Source of the DNA: a virus
Taxonomy: Duplodnaviria; Caudoviricetes
Strand: one strand, 5' to 3'
Virus record (IMG/VR): IMGVR_UViG_3300021387_000544
Coordinates: 5,678 to 69,677 of that record
Length of the DNA: 64,000 nt
The first letter of the stretch is position 1. Each line of letters begins with the position of its first letter. Made by a program: the position numbers and the translations under genes. Below the pieces are notes generated by a model. That model worked only from the letters and a program-made list of their open reading frames with translations. It ran no database searches and was not told where the DNA came from. Shown here in pieces: positions 54,529 to 64,000 of the stretch.

Positions 54529-55713
54529 ATGCCAGATCCTAAATTGTATTTTTCCTATTTGGAACTTGCTGACGGTAGCAAGAAGTATGTAAAGGATGCC
54601 GATGCCCGCGAGGAGATTGCGGAGATCAAGGAAACCATCAAGAACGGTGCCCACTTTATCGGCAAACTCGTGAGCGCAGTGGTTGGCGGCGAGACCGTGA
54701 CAACCCTGAACGACGGTGACGTGCCAACCAGCATCACTACCGACGAGGGAACGTTCGTCCCCGGCACTCCCGGTGAGGGACAGGAGCAGCTCACCAACGG
54801 CGACTACCTGTACGTCCAGGGCGCAGAGGGCAAGCCGACACTTGAGTTCATGTGGACAGGCACGAAACTGTCTGAGTACGGTTCTACAAGCGTATTGAAA
54901 GCGCTCGCTTTCAAGGACAGCGCCAGCGGAACCTACACCCCCGCAGGTAGCAACGCTGCCTCTGCCGTTACCTTCTCCGGTACCGCAGATGGTGACTTCG
55001 TGACGGGCTTCGACGTGGCTCCCGTGCTTCCCTCGTTCCAGGAGGGTGCCTTCGACGCAGGTTCGCTGCCTTCGTTCAGCGAGGGGGCCTTCACTCCCGC
55101 ATCTCTCGGCACAGGCTTCTACAGCGCAGGTACAGCAGCCCAGTTCACTGAGGGTGCTTTCAGCGCAGGCTCTCTGCCTTCATTCGAGGAAGGTGAGTTC
55201 GACGCAGGCTCCCTGCCTTCAAAGGCTGCCGACACGTTCGATGCCGGTACTCTTCCCACAAAGGCTGCCGACACCTTCACACAGGGCGCTCTGGCCACTC
55301 TGACCTACGATTCCGCCAACGAGGGTCTCGTCTTCGGAGCAGGCACTCTGCCCACCTTCTCTGAGGGTGCTTTCACACAGGGCACTCTTCCTTCCTACAC
55401 CGAAGGTACGTTCGATGCAGGCTCACTGCCCAGCAAGGCCGCTGACACCTTCAGCGCAGGAACACTGCCCAGCAAGCAGAGCGACACCTTCGTTGCCAAC
55501 ACCCCCGCTGCCATCGACGTGACCAAGTTCGACGGCGGCAGCAAGGCAGCAGACACCTTCGCAGCAGGCTCTCTGCCCTCAAAGGCAGCAGACACCTTCA
55601 GCGCAGGTACCGCTCCAACTCTCGCCACCGACAAGGCCATCACCGACCTCGGCACAGCCGAAGCCGCTGCACAGGTCTTCACTGGTACGGAGGCTACCAT
55701 CACCGTATCATAA
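54529..55713 (+). CDS. Repeat-rich virion fibre protein
   Basis: About 13-aa repeats FxAG(S/T)LPS(K/F)xxx; strong codon bias. Confidence 0.85.
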   Translation: MPDPKLYFSYLELADGSKKYVKDADAREEIAEIKETIKNGAHFIGKLVSAVVGGETVTTLNDGDVPTSITTDEGTFVPGTPGEGQEQLTNGDYLYVQGAEGKPTLEFMWTGTKLSEYGSTSVLKALAFKDSASGTYTPAGSNAASAVTFSGTADGDFVTGFDVAPVLPSFQEGAFDAGSLPSFSEGAFTPASLGTGFYSAGTAAQFTEGAFSAGSLPSFEEGEFDAGSLPSKAADTFDAGTLPTKAADTFTQGALATLTYDSANEGLVFGAGTLPTFSEGAFTQGTLPSYTEGTFDAGSLPSKAADTFSAGTLPSKQSDTFVANTPAAIDVTKFDGGSKAADTFAAGSLPSKAADTFSAGTAPTLATDKAITDLGTAEAAAQVFTGTEATITVS

Positions 55714-55817
55714 GCGGTGTACTGACTTTCGGAGAGGGCGGAGTACTTTTCACAATGTCTTTTGGGGAAACGCCCTCCCCGATATCAAGTTGAACGATAA
55801 AAAGAAAATTAACGATT

Positions 55818-55994
55818 ATGGCTGACAATAAGACACATGCTGACTGGCTCGACATCCCCGACGGGAGCGGCGGCACTCAGCGCACATGGTTCAGGGATGC
55901 GGATGCGAGAGCCGCAATCGAGGAGATTGAGAGTGAAATCCCATCTGTAGCATCCGCAGAGACTTGTGAGGAAATTATAAATGAATTAACATAA
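55818..55994 (+). CDS. Small fibre-associated protein (58 aa)
   Basis: Manual translation MADNKTHADWLDIPDGSGGTQRTWFRDADARAAIEEIESEIPSVASAETCEEIINELT. Confidence 0.7.
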   Translation: MADNKTHADWLDIPDGSGGTQRTWFRDADARAAIEEIESEIPSVASAETCEEIINELT

Positions 55995-56009
55995 ATAAAA
56001 CAAATAATT

Positions 56010-59000
56010 ATGGGTACAATCGGACACGAATCAGAAGCCGTCAACGTCGGCGGACTGAAGGCTGCGATGCAAGAGTACAAGTCTACGTACAATACTCTTG
56101 TCACATTGCAAACAGAACCTTCTGAGACAACACTTACCTACACGCATAACGGAAAAACCTATGATTTCAAGATAGGTGATGATGTGCGTGTCAAGGACAC
56201 CTTTGCGGGAACACAGAGAAGCAATGAATATGTCTACTACAGACTCTACGACATCGTAACGGAGAACGGCGTGAATAAAGCCTTCTGGGATATTGTAGGT
56301 GCTGGGTCAGGTAGTGGGGCATCATACACGCCCACCCTTACATCGGTGCCGACGGAATCGACGCTGACGTATGTCAAGGACGGAAAGACCGTGCCTTTTG
56401 AGATAGGACAGTTCTGCCGCGTGGCGGACGCAAGCGCACCGCTTGGGTACAAGTTTTTCCAGCTCTTTGACATAGCAGAGAACGGCACGGTGGCCAAGTG
56501 GAACGCCTATGCGACGAAGATACCGGCAGAGTACACAGCGCCGACACCGAAGACGCTGACATACAACACGGAGGCTCAGGAACTCTTGAATGCAGGCTCT
56601 TCTGATGAAGGAACGATACAGTATTCAAGTGACGGAGAGATATGGCTCACCACCATCCCGACGGGAACGGACGCAGGGACATACAATGTGTACTGGCGGC
56701 TGAACGGTGACTCACAGCATCAGGATGTTCCAGCAACATCCATTGCCGTGACGATAGCCAAGAAGGAGGTTGCAAGTCCGACGGTCATCCTCTCGGAAGA
56801 TGAGTACACCTATGACGGCACGGCGAAAGAGCCAACGGTGACGGTCAAGGATGGTGATGATGTGATTCCTGCCACCAACTATTCGGTAAGCTACTCGTCG
56901 AACACGAACGCAGGAACGGCCACCGTGACCATCACCAGCGGCAACGGTAACTACACGTTCTCCACGACGGCGACGTTCACCATCGCCAAGGCTGATGGAA
57001 GCGTGACCACCATCCCAGCGAGCAGGGGCGTGACATACAACGGCAACGCACAGATTGTGGCTGACGCAGGCGCAGGTACGGGAACGATGATGTACCGCTT
57101 CGGTGATGCGGGCGAGTTCTCATCCGCCATCCCCACGCTGACCGATGCGGGCGAGTACACATTGTACTACTATGCCGCAGAGAGCGAGAACTACGGGCAG
57201 AGCCAGACGGGAAGCATCACAGTGTCCGTGTTGAAGGCAGCACCAACATACAGTTCACCGAGCGCAAAGACCCTTACGTATAACGGGGATGGTCAGTTCC
57301 TTCTCAACGCGGGATCGTCGAATGACGGCACGTTCCAATACTCGCTCGATGGTGAGGAATGGGGTACTGGACTGCCGCAGGGCACTAATGCGGGCGACTA
57401 TACACCGCAATGGAAACTCATCGGTGACAATAACCATACCGACATCGCAGCCGTAACCATAAATGTCAGCATAGCCAAGGCCAGCCCGTCCTATTCCGCG
57501 CCGAGCGCAAGGGAACTCACCTACAATGGCAGTGCGCAGGTACTTGCCAACGCAGGAGAGTCCTCCGACGGCACATTCAGTTATTCTTCTGATAACGAGG
57601 ACTGGAGTTCTGCCATCCCTCAGAGAACTGATGTCGGTAACTATACCGTCTACTGGAAACTGACGGGTGATGAGAACCACAACGATGTGGCATCAACGCT
57701 CATAAACGTGACCATTGGAAAGGTCACTCCTACCGTGTCCGCCCCGACACCGAAGACGGGTCTCGTGTATAACGGTACGGCACAGAATCTTGTGAATGCC
57801 GGAGGTACGAACTTCGGAACACTACAGTACTCGTTGGATGGCAATACATATTCAACAAGCATACCACAGGGAACGGATGTCACGGGCTATACTGTCTACT
57901 ACAGGGTTGTAGGCGACGAGAACGTCAATGACGTGGATGCGCAGAGCATCGCCTGCTCCATTGCAAAGGTGACGCCTACGGTTATAGCCCCGACCCCGAA
58001 GGTGCTGACGTTCAACGGATCGGCACAGGCTCTTGTGAACGCAGGCTCGGCAGATTTCGGAACGATTCAGTACAAGGTGGGCACAGACTCTTGGTCTATG
58101 GACATCCCAGAAAGGACGAAGGGCGGCTCTTACGAACTGTCATACAGGGTTGTCGGAGATTCTAATATCAACGACGTGGCGGCTGACAGCGTCACCTGCT
58201 CCATTGCGGAGAAGGAGGTAGCGGCGACCGTTGAACTTTCTGAGAACTCCTATGTCTATGACGGAACGGCCAAGACGCCTTCCGTGACCGTGAAGGATGG
58301 TACGACCGTCATCGACCCGTCGGAGTATTCGGTGACGTACAGCAACAACACGAACGCAGGAACGGCAACGGTCACCGTCTATGACAACGAGGGTGGTGAC
58401 TACAAGGTGATAGGCAGTGCCACATTCGCCATCACGAAGGCAAGCGGAAGCGCCACGGCTCCCACGGCGAAGACGCTCACCTACAGCGGTGCGGCGCAGA
58501 CCCTCGCCAACGCAGGCAGCGGAACAGGAACAATGTACTACAGCCTGAGCGAGAGCAGCGGCTTCAGCACATCCATCCCGCAAGGAACGAACGCAGGCTC
58601 ATACACCGTCTATTACTACGCTGCGGAGAGTGCGAACTACAACCAGAGCGCAACGGGAAGCATATCCGTAAGTATCGGCAAGGCTAATGGTAGTGTCACC
58701 TCTGCCCCAACGGCAAAGAGCCTAACCTACAGCGGTTCCGCCCAGACGCTTGCTAATGCCGGCTCTGGAACAGGTACGATGTATTACAGCCTGAACGCAT
58801 CAAGTGGATTCTCTACAACCATCCCGACAGGTACGAATGCAACGAGTTATACGGTTTATTACTACGCTGCTGAGAATTCCAACTATAAGCAGAGTGCCAC
58901 ACAGAGCATCAATGTAAGCATTTCCAAGGCAGACCCGACATACACCGCTCCAAGTGCCAAGTCCTTAACATACAACGGAAGTGGTCAGGTCTTGCTTAAC

Positions 59001-60470
59001 GCAGGCTCGGTGACGGGCGGCACTATTCAGTACAGCAGTGATAACAGTTCATGGAGTACGACCATCCCGTCACAGACCAATGCGGGAACGTACACGTCGT
59101 ACTGGCGTATCGTTGGTGACTCTAACCACAACGACAAGGCATCGGCAAGCATCAGCACGACCATTGCAAAAGCAAGTCAGTCTGCTCCGACGGCAACAGG
59201 TGCAACAACCACCTACAACACCACTGCCACGGCTACCGCCTCGGGTGGAGGCGGTCAGGGTTCTATCGAGTGGTCGAATGGGAACACGCAGACAAGCGTA
59301 GGCTCAAAGAGTACGCAGGCTCGTTGGAGCGGCAACAGCAACTACAATGCCTCTGGCTGGTCTAACTCAGTGACGCTGACGATGAACAAGGCGGCAGGCA
59401 GCGTGACAACAGCACCGGTGAACACCAACTACACCTACAACGGAACAGCCCGTGCCGTGGCATCAGCTGGTAGTGGTACTGGAACAATGTACTATCGCCT
59501 TGGTTCAAGCGGAGACTTCGGCACTACCATGCCGACGATGACAAATGCAGGTTCCAACACTCTTTATTACTATGCTGCTGCCTCTACCAACTACAATCAG
59601 AGCGCAACTGGAAGCATTACGGTGACCGTACAGAAAGCCTCGCAGAGCGCTCCGACGGCTACGGGTGCCACTGTCGACGAAGGCTCTACTGCTACTGCTT
59701 CTGCCAGCGGTGGTGGAGGCCAGGGTTCTCTTGAATGGAGCAACGGAAGCACAAGAACCGCCGCCGGTTCGCAGACCACCAAGGCAAGATGGACAGGTAA
59801 TGGAAATTATAATGCTTCTGACTGGTCTAATGAGGTGACGTTGACTGTAGTAAGTGTATGGGTTGACTTAGGCCTTCCTTCTGGCCTCAAATGGGCAAAG
59901 GGAAACATCGTCAAGAACGGCAACAGCTACAAAATCGGTAAGGAGACGGACTACGGTGCATACGTCTCGTGGGGTAACATCGTGCCGCACTTCTCTGCCA
60001 ACGGCTCGACGTTCGACGATGGCTACAACTGGGGTTCGAACAACAGCGGCCCCTACGCATCGACTCCAGGCTCTACCATCGCCTTCACCGAGCAGGGCGA
60101 GGGTTTCAGCGAGGACAGCGGCTACGACGCAGCTCGCGAGTTGCTGGGCGGCAATTGGAAGATGCCTACGTCGGCTGACTTCCAGGAGCTGAACGACAAC
60201 TGTACGTCGGAATGGGTCGCCGACTACAACGACTCTGGCGTTGCTGGCCGACTGTTCACCTCAAAGATAAATGGTGCGACATTGTTTTTCCCCGCTGCGG
60301 GTCGCGGCTACAATAGCACCTTGAGCCAACGCGGTACGTGGGGATACTACTGGTCGCGTTCGCTGGCTTCTGCTGGCAACGGGTACAACATGAGCATCAG
60401 CAGTACGAGTGCTAATGCTAAGAACAACATCTTACGATGCCGTGGGTTCTCAGTTAGGGCTGTTCAGTAA
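56010..60470 (+). CDS. Adhesin/tail fibre: 14 Ig-like (MBG-like) repeats + C-terminal CLec-type receptor-binding domain
   Basis: About 80-aa repeats; C-terminus WVDLGLPSGLKWA...LFFPAAG...YYWSRS...GFSVRAV. Confidence 0.9.
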   Translation: MGTIGHESEAVNVGGLKAAMQEYKSTYNTLVTLQTEPSETTLTYTHNGKTYDFKIGDDVRVKDTFAGTQRSNEYVYYRLYDIVTENGVNKAFWDIVGAGSGSGASYTPTLTSVPTESTLTYVKDGKTVPFEIGQFCRVADASAPLGYKFFQLFDIAENGTVAKWNAYATKIPAEYTAPTPKTLTYNTEAQELLNAGSSDEGTIQYSSDGEIWLTTIPTGTDAGTYNVYWRLNGDSQHQDVPATSIAVTIAKKEVASPTVILSEDEYTYDGTAKEPTVTVKDGDDVIPATNYSVSYSSNTNAGTATVTITSGNGNYTFSTTATFTIAKADGSVTTIPASRGVTYNGNAQIVADAGAGTGTMMYRFGDAGEFSSAIPTLTDAGEYTLYYYAAESENYGQSQTGSITVSVLKAAPTYSSPSAKTLTYNGDGQFLLNAGSSNDGTFQYSLDGEEWGTGLPQGTNAGDYTPQWKLIGDNNHTDIAAVTINVSIAKASPSYSAPSARELTYNGSAQVLANAGESSDGTFSYSSDNEDWSSAIPQRTDVGNYTVYWKLTGDENHNDVASTLINVTIGKVTPTVSAPTPKTGLVYNGTAQNLVNAGGTNFGTLQYSLDGNTYSTSIPQGTDVTGYTVYYRVVGDENVNDVDAQSIACSIAKVTPTVIAPTPKVLTFNGSAQALVNAGSADFGTIQYKVGTDSWSMDIPERTKGGSYELSYRVVGDSNINDVAADSVTCSIAEKEVAATVELSENSYVYDGTAKTPSVTVKDGTTVIDPSEYSVTYSNNTNAGTATVTVYDNEGGDYKVIGSATFAITKASGSATAPTAKTLTYSGAAQTLANAGSGTGTMYYSLSESSGFSTSIPQGTNAGSYTVYYYAAESANYNQSATGSISVSIGKANGSVTSAPTAKSLTYSGSAQTLANAGSGTGTMYYSLNASSGFSTTIPTGTNATSYTVYYYAAENSNYKQSATQSINVSISKADPTYTAPSAKSLTYNGSGQVLLNAGSVTGGTIQYSSDNSSWSTTIPSQTNAGTYTSYWRIVGDSNHNDKASASISTTIAKASQSAPTATGATTTYNTTATATASGGGGQGSIEWSNGNTQTSVGSKSTQARWSGNSNYNASGWSNSVTLTMNKAAGSVTTAPVNTNYTYNGTARAVASAGSGTGTMYYRLGSSGDFGTTMPTMTNAGSNTLYYYAAASTNYNQSATGSITVTVQKASQSAPTATGATVDEGSTATASASGGGGQGSLEWSNGSTRTAAGSQTTKARWTGNGNYNASDWSNEVTLTVVSVWVDLGLPSGLKWAKGNIVKNGNSYKIGKETDYGAYVSWGNIVPHFSANGSTFDDGYNWGSNNSGPYASTPGSTIAFTEQGEGFSEDSGYDAARELLGGNWKMPTSADFQELNDNCTSEWVADYNDSGVAGRLFTSKINGATLFFPAAGRGYNSTLSQRGTWGYYWSRSLASAGNGYNMSISSTSANAKNNILRCRGFSVRAVQ
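60283..60470 (+). other. DGR-type variable region (no template or RT found in window)
   Basis: Invariant FFPAAG, YYWS and GFSVRAVQ scaffold with NNC/NNT codons at variable sites; GC-rich hairpins downstream. Confidence 0.6.
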
Positions 60471-60673
60471 TTTGCTCACCGAGTCCACTCTGCCTCCCTC
60501 GGAATGCCGCATACAGCCCCCCTCAAGGCGGCGCGGCACGAAGGGGAGACTGACACCAAGAAACAAATTAGTTCAACAAAATAAAAAAGATAGCTCCGCG
60601 AGCGGTTCCTCAAAATATCAATATTCGACAACAATATATCAATATTCAACAAACCAATAAATACACAAGCATT

Positions 60674-61246
60674 ATGAAAGTATTTGGAAAGACAGAGCGT
60701 TTCACGCTCATCAACACAAAGGGCAACCGCACCATCGTGTCTTACGACCGAGAGCAGGTTGACGACGTGAACAGCACATGGCACGAGCTGAGTTTCTCGA
60801 AGGCTCACAGCGAGAAACCGAGTATCGAACAGGTAAGGGATGCCATCATCGCCGACATCGACGCACGCACGGACGAGAAAATCCTCGACGGCTACGAGTG
60901 GACGGTGATCCATGGCGACGACAACGGGGCGCACGTGGGCGAGACGGTGAGGGTATGGCTCTCCGGCGAGAACCAGAGCAACTTCAAGGAGGCGCACCGC
61001 CTGGCGAGTGCCGACCCGACGAAGATTCTCCCCGTGAGGTTCAAGATATCGGAGGATGCTGAGAAGAGGGCCGTCTACGAGACGTTCCACAGCTTCGAGG
61101 AACTGAACGCCTTCTACATCGGCGCGTTCGCCTATATCAAGGGGTTGCTCGACGACGGATGGGCAAAGAAGGACTCGTTCGACTTCGCCCCCTACGAGGC
61201 CCTGCTCCCATCGCAGAGTCAGAAAGATAACCAGCAAGACGAGTAA
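60674..61246 (+). CDS. Putative tail fibre assembly/chaperone protein
   Basis: Follows fibre gene; VWLSGENQSNFK...FEELNAFY pattern. Confidence 0.6.
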   Translation: MKVFGKTERFTLINTKGNRTIVSYDREQVDDVNSTWHELSFSKAHSEKPSIEQVRDAIIADIDARTDEKILDGYEWTVIHGDDNGAHVGETVRVWLSGENQSNFKEAHRLASADPTKILPVRFKISEDAEKRAVYETFHSFEELNAFYIGAFAYIKGLLDDGWAKKDSFDFAPYEALLPSQSQKDNQQDE

Positions 61247-61252
61247 CCGCCT

Positions 61253-61777
61253 ATGATGTATCTTTTATTAGTTTCCATCCTCCTGGCAGTCCTCTACGTG
61301 GGGGCTGTCATCTGGAGGCGGCGGGATTTGCCTGAGTCGATTTCCGCGATGGTTTACGACTTGCCGAAAGGAGGACAGTGGCTTTGGACGGCCTGGATTT
61401 GGTCTGTCGGATTTTCATCCTTCCCTATAGTCTTCGAGGCCATGCCCAAGGAATGGGAGGCGTTAGCACATGCCTTCGCCACGTCGCTTATGTTCGTTGG
61501 TGCAATGCCGGTAATAAAGGGGGAGCGTAACACGGCTCACAATATACTTGGAGTAAGCGCAGGAATATTCTCGCAAGTGTGCGTGTTTCGTGTTTGCCCG
61601 TGGTGGCTACTTGTCTGGATGCCGATGGCGGTACTTATGCTTATGTGCTCGGTACGCATTAGTGGTAACAGTTGTGTTCCGTCCATACTGGAGGGCAAAG
61701 GCATTTTTATTGCCGAAGCCTTATGCGGATTGTCGCATTACGGGTCACTATTCACTTATTTAATTTGTCATGGATGA
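61253..61777 (+). CDS. Multi-pass membrane protein
   Basis: Five to six hydrophobic segments. Confidence 0.75.
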   Translation: MMYLLLVSILLAVLYVGAVIWRRRDLPESISAMVYDLPKGGQWLWTAWIWSVGFSSFPIVFEAMPKEWEALAHAFATSLMFVGAMPVIKGERNTAHNILGVSAGIFSQVCVFRVCPWWLLVWMPMAVLMLMCSVRISGNSCVPSILEGKGIFIAEALCGLSHYGSLFTYLICHG

Positions 61778-62333
61778 TATGGAAATGAATACAGGAACGA
61801 AAGGCATCGTCTGGGCCACAATAGGGCAGGAATTGATGGTTGTCTGTTTTGAATTGAGGTACATGATTATCCTGTCCTTCATTCTGATCTTTGCTGATTT
61901 CTGGTGGGGACATTCGGAATCGTCAAAACGCTACTACCATTGCGTAAGCGAAAATGACAAGGCTGGAATGGAGAAATACAAGTGGCACAAGTCGCGGGCC
62001 ATCCGTCGCTCTGCCAACAAAGCCGTCGATTACCTGACTTATCTTCTCGTAGGTGCATTCCTGGGGCTTGCCATAACGGAGCCTATGGACGTTTGTAGTC
62101 ATATGGTGACTGCCGCAATGGCCCTTGGTCTCGGCTGTGCCTGCGAGGTGGCCAGTATTGTTGGCCATATCCTATACGTCAAGATGGGAATAGAAATGAA
62201 GGTAAGCGACGCGTGGCGGTGGACCAGCCGCTTCTTCGTCAACCTCATTAAGATCAAGAACCACGACATCGGCGAGGCCGTCGACAATACCATCAACGAT
62301 AAATATGACAAGGAACAAAACATGGAGGATTAA
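61770..62333 (+). CDS. Holin-like protein
   Basis: TM segments, IRRSANKAVDYL, directly upstream of endolysin. Confidence 0.65.
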   Translation: MDDMEMNTGTKGIVWATIGQELMVVCFELRYMIILSFILIFADFWWGHSESSKRYYHCVSENDKAGMEKYKWHKSRAIRRSANKAVDYLTYLLVGAFLGLAITEPMDVCSHMVTAAMALGLGCACEVASIVGHILYVKMGIEMKVSDAWRWTSRFFVNLIKIKNHDIGEAVDNTINDKYDKEQNMED

Positions 62334-62335
62334 CT

Positions 62336-62890
62336 ATGAAATTGACTACGGCACAACTAATGAGGGCGGTCCCCCAGACCAATCGCACGCGAGCAGAAGA
62401 GTTTGTCAATGTCTTCAACGAGTGGGCACCACAGTTCGATATCGACACGCCGCTTCGTGTCGCCCATTTCCTTGCACAATGTTGGCAGGAGAGTGGCTGT
62501 CTGAGGTATCTTGAAGAGATAGCGAGCGGCAAGGCTTACGAGTGGCGCAAGGACCTCGGTAACGTACAGAAGGGTGACGGCGTGCGCTTCAAGGGACGTG
62601 GCATCATCCAGATAACGGGGCGAGCCAACTACCAGGCATACGCAAAGAGCGGCTTCTGTGTTGGCGACCTGATGGCGCATCCCGAATGGCTTGCACAGTC
62701 GCCCGGCTGCTATAAGAGCGCAATGTGGTTCTGGTGGAAGTCAAACCTATCCGAACTGGCCGATACCGACAACGGCCACAACTCCGGCGATGTATGTCGT
62801 CGGATAACCCGTAAGGTTAATGGCGGTATCAACGGACTGTCGCAGCGGCAGTACTATATGCGTAAATTTAAAAGGGAGTTTGGTGTATGA
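62336..62890 (+). CDS. Endolysin, glycoside hydrolase family 19
   Basis: AHFLAQCWQESG, FKGRGIIQITGRANY, ITRKVNGG. Confidence 0.9.
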   Translation: MKLTTAQLMRAVPQTNRTRAEEFVNVFNEWAPQFDIDTPLRVAHFLAQCWQESGCLRYLEEIASGKAYEWRKDLGNVQKGDGVRFKGRGIIQITGRANYQAYAKSGFCVGDLMAHPEWLAQSPGCYKSAMWFWWKSNLSELADTDNGHNSGDVCRRITRKVNGGINGLSQRQYYMRKFKREFGV

Positions 62891-63504
62891 ATAAGGTTGG
62901 AAGAATCAGTTACAGCGACCTTAATGGTGGTCTCGGCAATGGCTGTGGACCGACGCTGATATGCGGTATACTTTTCTTTGTAGTTGTGTTTTTTGCCAGT
63001 TGCAAGACTGTTAAACAAGCAGAGACCATCACAGAGAAAAAAACTGAAATAAGGAGCGACTCTACAGACGTTTCGGCAACTCATAGCGACACGAATCGCA
63101 CAAAGCATAGCAAGCAGGAGAGTGAGATGGAGAAGACCAATAAGGAGTCACATACGGAAAAAAAGGATTCATTTGTGACTGTCGTAGATCAGAACGGGAA
63201 CGTCGTCAGCACAAAAGAATACCACTGGCTCAAAGAGACCCTGCAGGAAGTATCAGAGAGAGAAAGAATCCTGAAAGACTCTCTTTCTATGTATAGACAT
63301 ATCTCCGACTCTTTGAATTATTACAAGAAAAAACTGGATTCCATCAGCCATCTTTCCAAAAAAGAAAAGACCGTTAAGGTAGAAAAAGAACAGAGCATTG
63401 GCGAGAAAATAAAGACGTTCTTTGCCAATGCCATCATAGGCGTGATTTCATTCGTATTAATAGTTACAGTTGTTAGACTGATAAGGAAAAGGCTACGGCG
63501 GTAA
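62887..63504 (+). CDS. Lipoprotein / spanin-like lysis protein
   Basis: Hydrophobic stretch + FFASC lipobox-like motif, coiled coil, C-terminal TM. Confidence 0.6.
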   Translation: MNKVGRISYSDLNGGLGNGCGPTLICGILFFVVVFFASCKTVKQAETITEKKTEIRSDSTDVSATHSDTNRTKHSKQESEMEKTNKESHTEKKDSFVTVVDQNGNVVSTKEYHWLKETLQEVSERERILKDSLSMYRHISDSLNYYKKKLDSISHLSKKEKTVKVEKEQSIGEKIKTFFANAIIGVISFVLIVTVVRLIRKRLRR

Positions 63505-63672
63505 GCTGGTATTTGGTTTTGTTTTTTTTATTAATTTATAGATTTTGGTTTATGTTTTATTAGTTAGTTTATTCTTTAGTTAGTAATATGATTAGGTTGC
63601 AGCGGCAGCGGAATTTAGAGGGTTATACTTCTTGGTTGACAAAGTTATGTGAATAACGCAAAGACCGAAATC

Positions 63673-63708
63673 GCCCGGCACTCCGTGATGGAAAGTCGGG
63701 CGTGTTTC
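63673..63708. terminator. Hairpin terminator between convergent units
   Basis: CGCCCGGC...GTCGGGCG followed by tgtttc. Confidence 0.5.
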
Positions 63709-63724
63709 ATCATCCTTTAGGTAG

Positions 63725-64000
63725 TCATGGGGTTCTCTCAAATGCTTTCTTCAAGTCCTCAATACACCCATCGACATCGTAGGTGTCGTTAATTACACAA
63801 AAGCCGGTCACATTGTTATCCAACCACTCACACACTTCCTTGATAGTTTCCTTTCTTGCTATCTCGGCCACCTTTCTTGCATGGTCTGGAGTAAGCCAAG
63901 ATGTATAGCCTTTTGTATAACTGCACCCATCTTGTGTAGGAATAATAATCTCGTTGCTACAATTCCTTGTATGCTCTTTGATATATTGCTCAACCTTTTC
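63725..64000 (-). CDS. Hypothetical protein, 5'-truncated by window edge
   Basis: Open frame ...EKVEQYIKEHTRNCSNE...DLKKAFERTP-stop. Confidence 0.65.
   Translation of the reverse strand, partial: EKVEQYIKEHTRNCSNEIIIPTQDGCSYTKGYTSWLTPDHARKVAEIARKETIKEVCEWLDNNVTGFCVINDTYDVDGCIEDLKKAFERTP

Larger units (their letters stand above)
1..64000. mobile_element. Temperate tailed phage genome (siphovirus-like) of a Bacteroidota host, non-integrated form
   Basis: Integrase, repressor, terminase, portal, capsid, tail, tape measure and lysis genes; no host housekeeping genes; TAnnTTTG promoters. Confidence 0.95.

Noticed and set aside
60476-61237. 253-aa minus-strand ORF as a DGR accessory or RT gene
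   Set aside because: Antisense shadow of 60674-61246; no RT (YxDD) or Avd features

Overview
The whole window is one temperate, long-tailed dsDNA phage of a Bacteroidota host, probably Prevotella-like (host inferred from recurring TAnnTTTG promoters and AT-rich, SD-less start regions). It appears to be in the free/excised form: an intact attP with a tRNA-3'-end-like core lies upstream of the integrase, with phage genes on both sides. Layout: leftward lytic control genes (Rha, HTH) | CI-like repressor, second HTH, attP, integrase | leftward early region (radical SAM, two RNAP alpha-CTD-like proteins, RHH + second tyrosine recombinase, an array of small genes separated by stem-loops, GP88-like protein) | putative terS and iteron-rich origin | rightward middle operon (RuvC-like, GNAT with an internal TGA, dUTPase, P4/D5 helicase, gpF-like, frameshifting tail chaperone) | inverted portal-terL | capsid and tail genes | an 8-gene cassette of unknown function with a divergent putative sRNA | inverted tape measure | mosaic tail protein, repeat-rich fibres, an Ig-repeat adhesin with a DGR-type variable tip but no RT/TR in the window | lysis genes. 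Best candidates for new biology: the cassette-like early gene array next to a second recombinase, the CCC-protein cassette with its sRNA, the Asp-His heptad fibre and the orphan DGR target. No CRISPR array, full tRNA, rRNA or reverse transcriptase was seen. All protein calls come from motif reading, not database searches.
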